Assembly (NCBI GenBank): GCA_039587355.1
Contig: JBDHIO010000032.1
Span: 2,844-66,843 of the forward strand
DNA from: Gemmatimonadota bacterium
GTDB lineage: Bacteria > Gemmatimonadota > Gemmatimonadetes > Palauibacterales > Palauibacteraceae
Direction of reading: 5' to 3'
DNA: 64,000 nt
Shown: positions 62,620-64,000 of the stretch, in pieces
Layout: each line of letters starts with the position of its first letter
How positions within the stretch are numbered: position 1 is the first letter of the stretch
Made by a program: the position numbers and the translations under genes
Notes under the pieces: model-generated
Told to the model about the DNA's origin: nothing
What the model saw: only the letters and a program-made list of their open reading frames with translations
The model's database searches: none

Positions 62620-64000
62620 ATGGAACCCGGTCAGGCCGTCGCGCACTACGAGATCATCGAGAAGCTCGGGCAGGGCGGGATGGGTGTCGTGTACCGCGCT
62701 CGGGACACCCGCCTGGATCGAACGGTCGCGCTCAAGTTCCTCCCCGCACACCTGAGCCTCGACGACGAAGCGAAGAAGCGGTTCGTACAGGAGGCGAAAG
62801 CCGCCTCCGCGCTGGACCACGCGAATATCTGCACGATTCACGACATCGCCGAGACGGACGACGGCGAGCTCTACATCGTGATGGCGTTCTACGAGGGGAG
62901 CACGCTCCGGGAGCGGGTCGAGGCGGGGTCGGTCTCGACGGATGAGGCCGTGGACATCGGTGTCCAGCTCGCCCGTGCGCTCGAGCGGGCGCACGACGCG
63001 GGGATCATCCACCGGGACCTCAAGCCCGCGAACGTCCTCGTCACGAACCGCGGCGAAGTGAAGCTCCTCGACTTCGGCGTGGCGAAGCTCACCGAAGCGA
63101 ACGTCGACCTCACGAGCACGGGCACGACCCTTGGCACGGCGGGATACATGGCGCCGGAGCAGCTCACGGCTGGAGCCGTCGACCAGCGTGCCGACCTGTT
63201 CGCGTTCGGGGCGGTGATGTACGAGCTGCTTTCCGGACAGAAGGCCTTCGACGGATCGTCGCAGATCGCGGTCGCGACCGCCGTCCTGGGCACGGACCCG
63301 CCGGCGCTGTCGAAGACGCGACCCGACGTGCCGGCTGCCATCGCCGGACTCATCGCGACATGTCTGGCGAAGGACCTCGAGGACCGGCCTGCCCGGGCCG
63401 GCGACGTCATCGGGGTTCTCGAGAACGTACGGGCCGAAGTGCGAGCGGGCGGAGCGGCCGTGGGCCCGGGTGCGAGTGGGAGTTCGGGCGGCGGCAGATC
63501 CGGTCCGCACATCCCGAGGGCGAAGAAGCGGGCGGGCGGCATCCGCCTCGTTCCCATCGGGATCGGCGTGGCCGTGATCGCGATCGCCGGGTTCTTCATG
63601 ATGTTCGGCCTGAACCGGTCGGGCGAATACGCGGCCCCGCTGACGCCGGATCTTCTCGCCGTCCTGCCGTTCACCTACGGCGGCACGCCGGATCTCGAGT
63701 ACCTGGGCGAGGGCGTGGTCGATCTCCTGACCACGAAGCTCGGCGGCGCCGGGTTCGGAAGTACTGTCGATCCGCGCGTAGTGGTCGGACGGGTGGATGG
63801 CGACGGAGCGGACATCGGAGATCCCGAGGACACGCACCGGGTCGCACAGGCGCTCGGCGCCGGACGCTACGTGACCGGCTCGGTTACGGAGATCGGGGGG
63901 CAGGTGACCCTCACGGCCTATCTGCACGACACGGCCTTTCCCGGAGACGCGAGGGAGCCGGCGACCGTGACGGGCGGGACGGATGAGATGTTCGAGCTTC
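62620..64000 (+). CDS. Hanks-type Ser/Thr kinase with TM helix and TolB-N-like domain (runs off the window)
   Basis: My translation: MEPGQAVAHYEIIEKLGQGGMGVVYRARDTRL...HRDLKPAN...DFG...YMAPE...LAVLPFTYGG. Not in the supplied ORF track. Confidence 0.92.
   Translation, partial: MEPGQAVAHYEIIEKLGQGGMGVVYRARDTRLDRTVALKFLPAHLSLDDEAKKRFVQEAKAASALDHANICTIHDIAETDDGELYIVMAFYEGSTLRERVEAGSVSTDEAVDIGVQLARALERAHDAGIIHRDLKPANVLVTNRGEVKLLDFGVAKLTEANVDLTSTGTTLGTAGYMAPEQLTAGAVDQRADLFAFGAVMYELLSGQKAFDGSSQIAVATAVLGTDPPALSKTRPDVPAAIAGLIATCLAKDLEDRPARAGDVIGVLENVRAEVRAGGAAVGPGASGSSGGGRSGPHIPRAKKRAGGIRLVPIGIGVAVIAIAGFFMMFGLNRSGEYAAPLTPDLLAVLPFTYGGTPDLEYLGEGVVDLLTTKLGGAGFGSTVDPRVVVGRVDGDGADIGDPEDTHRVAQALGAGRYVTGSVTEIGGQVTLTAYLHDTAFPGDAREPATVTGGTDEMFEL

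Overview
High-GC bacterial chromosomal window, densely coding, with about 44 genes. I see no rRNA, tRNA, CRISPR array, transposase or phage genes. The gene content (Hanks-type Ser/Thr kinases with TolB-N/TPR or PD40 tails, an orphan ADOP permease, tandem exported beta-propeller-like proteins, many serine hydrolases) suggests Gemmatimonadota; this is inference. Left to right: (1) a putative exopolysaccharide/surface-glycan locus (MASE/PAS histidine kinase, double-receiver regulator with a frameshifting deletion, HEAT protein, GT2 synthase, exported TPR protein); (2) a DUF3810-like zincin, a zinc-ribbon protein, MscS and psuG; (3) a pterin operon (FolM-like SDR, folB/folX-like, folK) coupled to an Omp85-like barrel; (4) a quinone reductase and an acyl-CoA ligase; (5) a minus-strand catabolic cluster (HEAT protein, APC permease, two amidohydrolases, two serine hydrolases, ADOP permease); (6) an OmpR/BaeSR-like two-component system facing two tandem paralogues that share an identical promoter box geometry; (7) an acyltransferase, then a serine hydrolase, a TetR regulator and an M28 peptidase, with two matching TetR-type operators and a probably leaderless tetR; (8) addB and addA split by an antisense gene; (9) four Ser/Thr kinases with different sensor tails, interspersed with a CDF transporter, an SDR, a PQQ quinohemoprotein dehydrogenase, a ~190-nt structured non-coding element and a metallophosphoesterase. 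Four apparent small indel/deletion lesions may be real decay or assembly errors.
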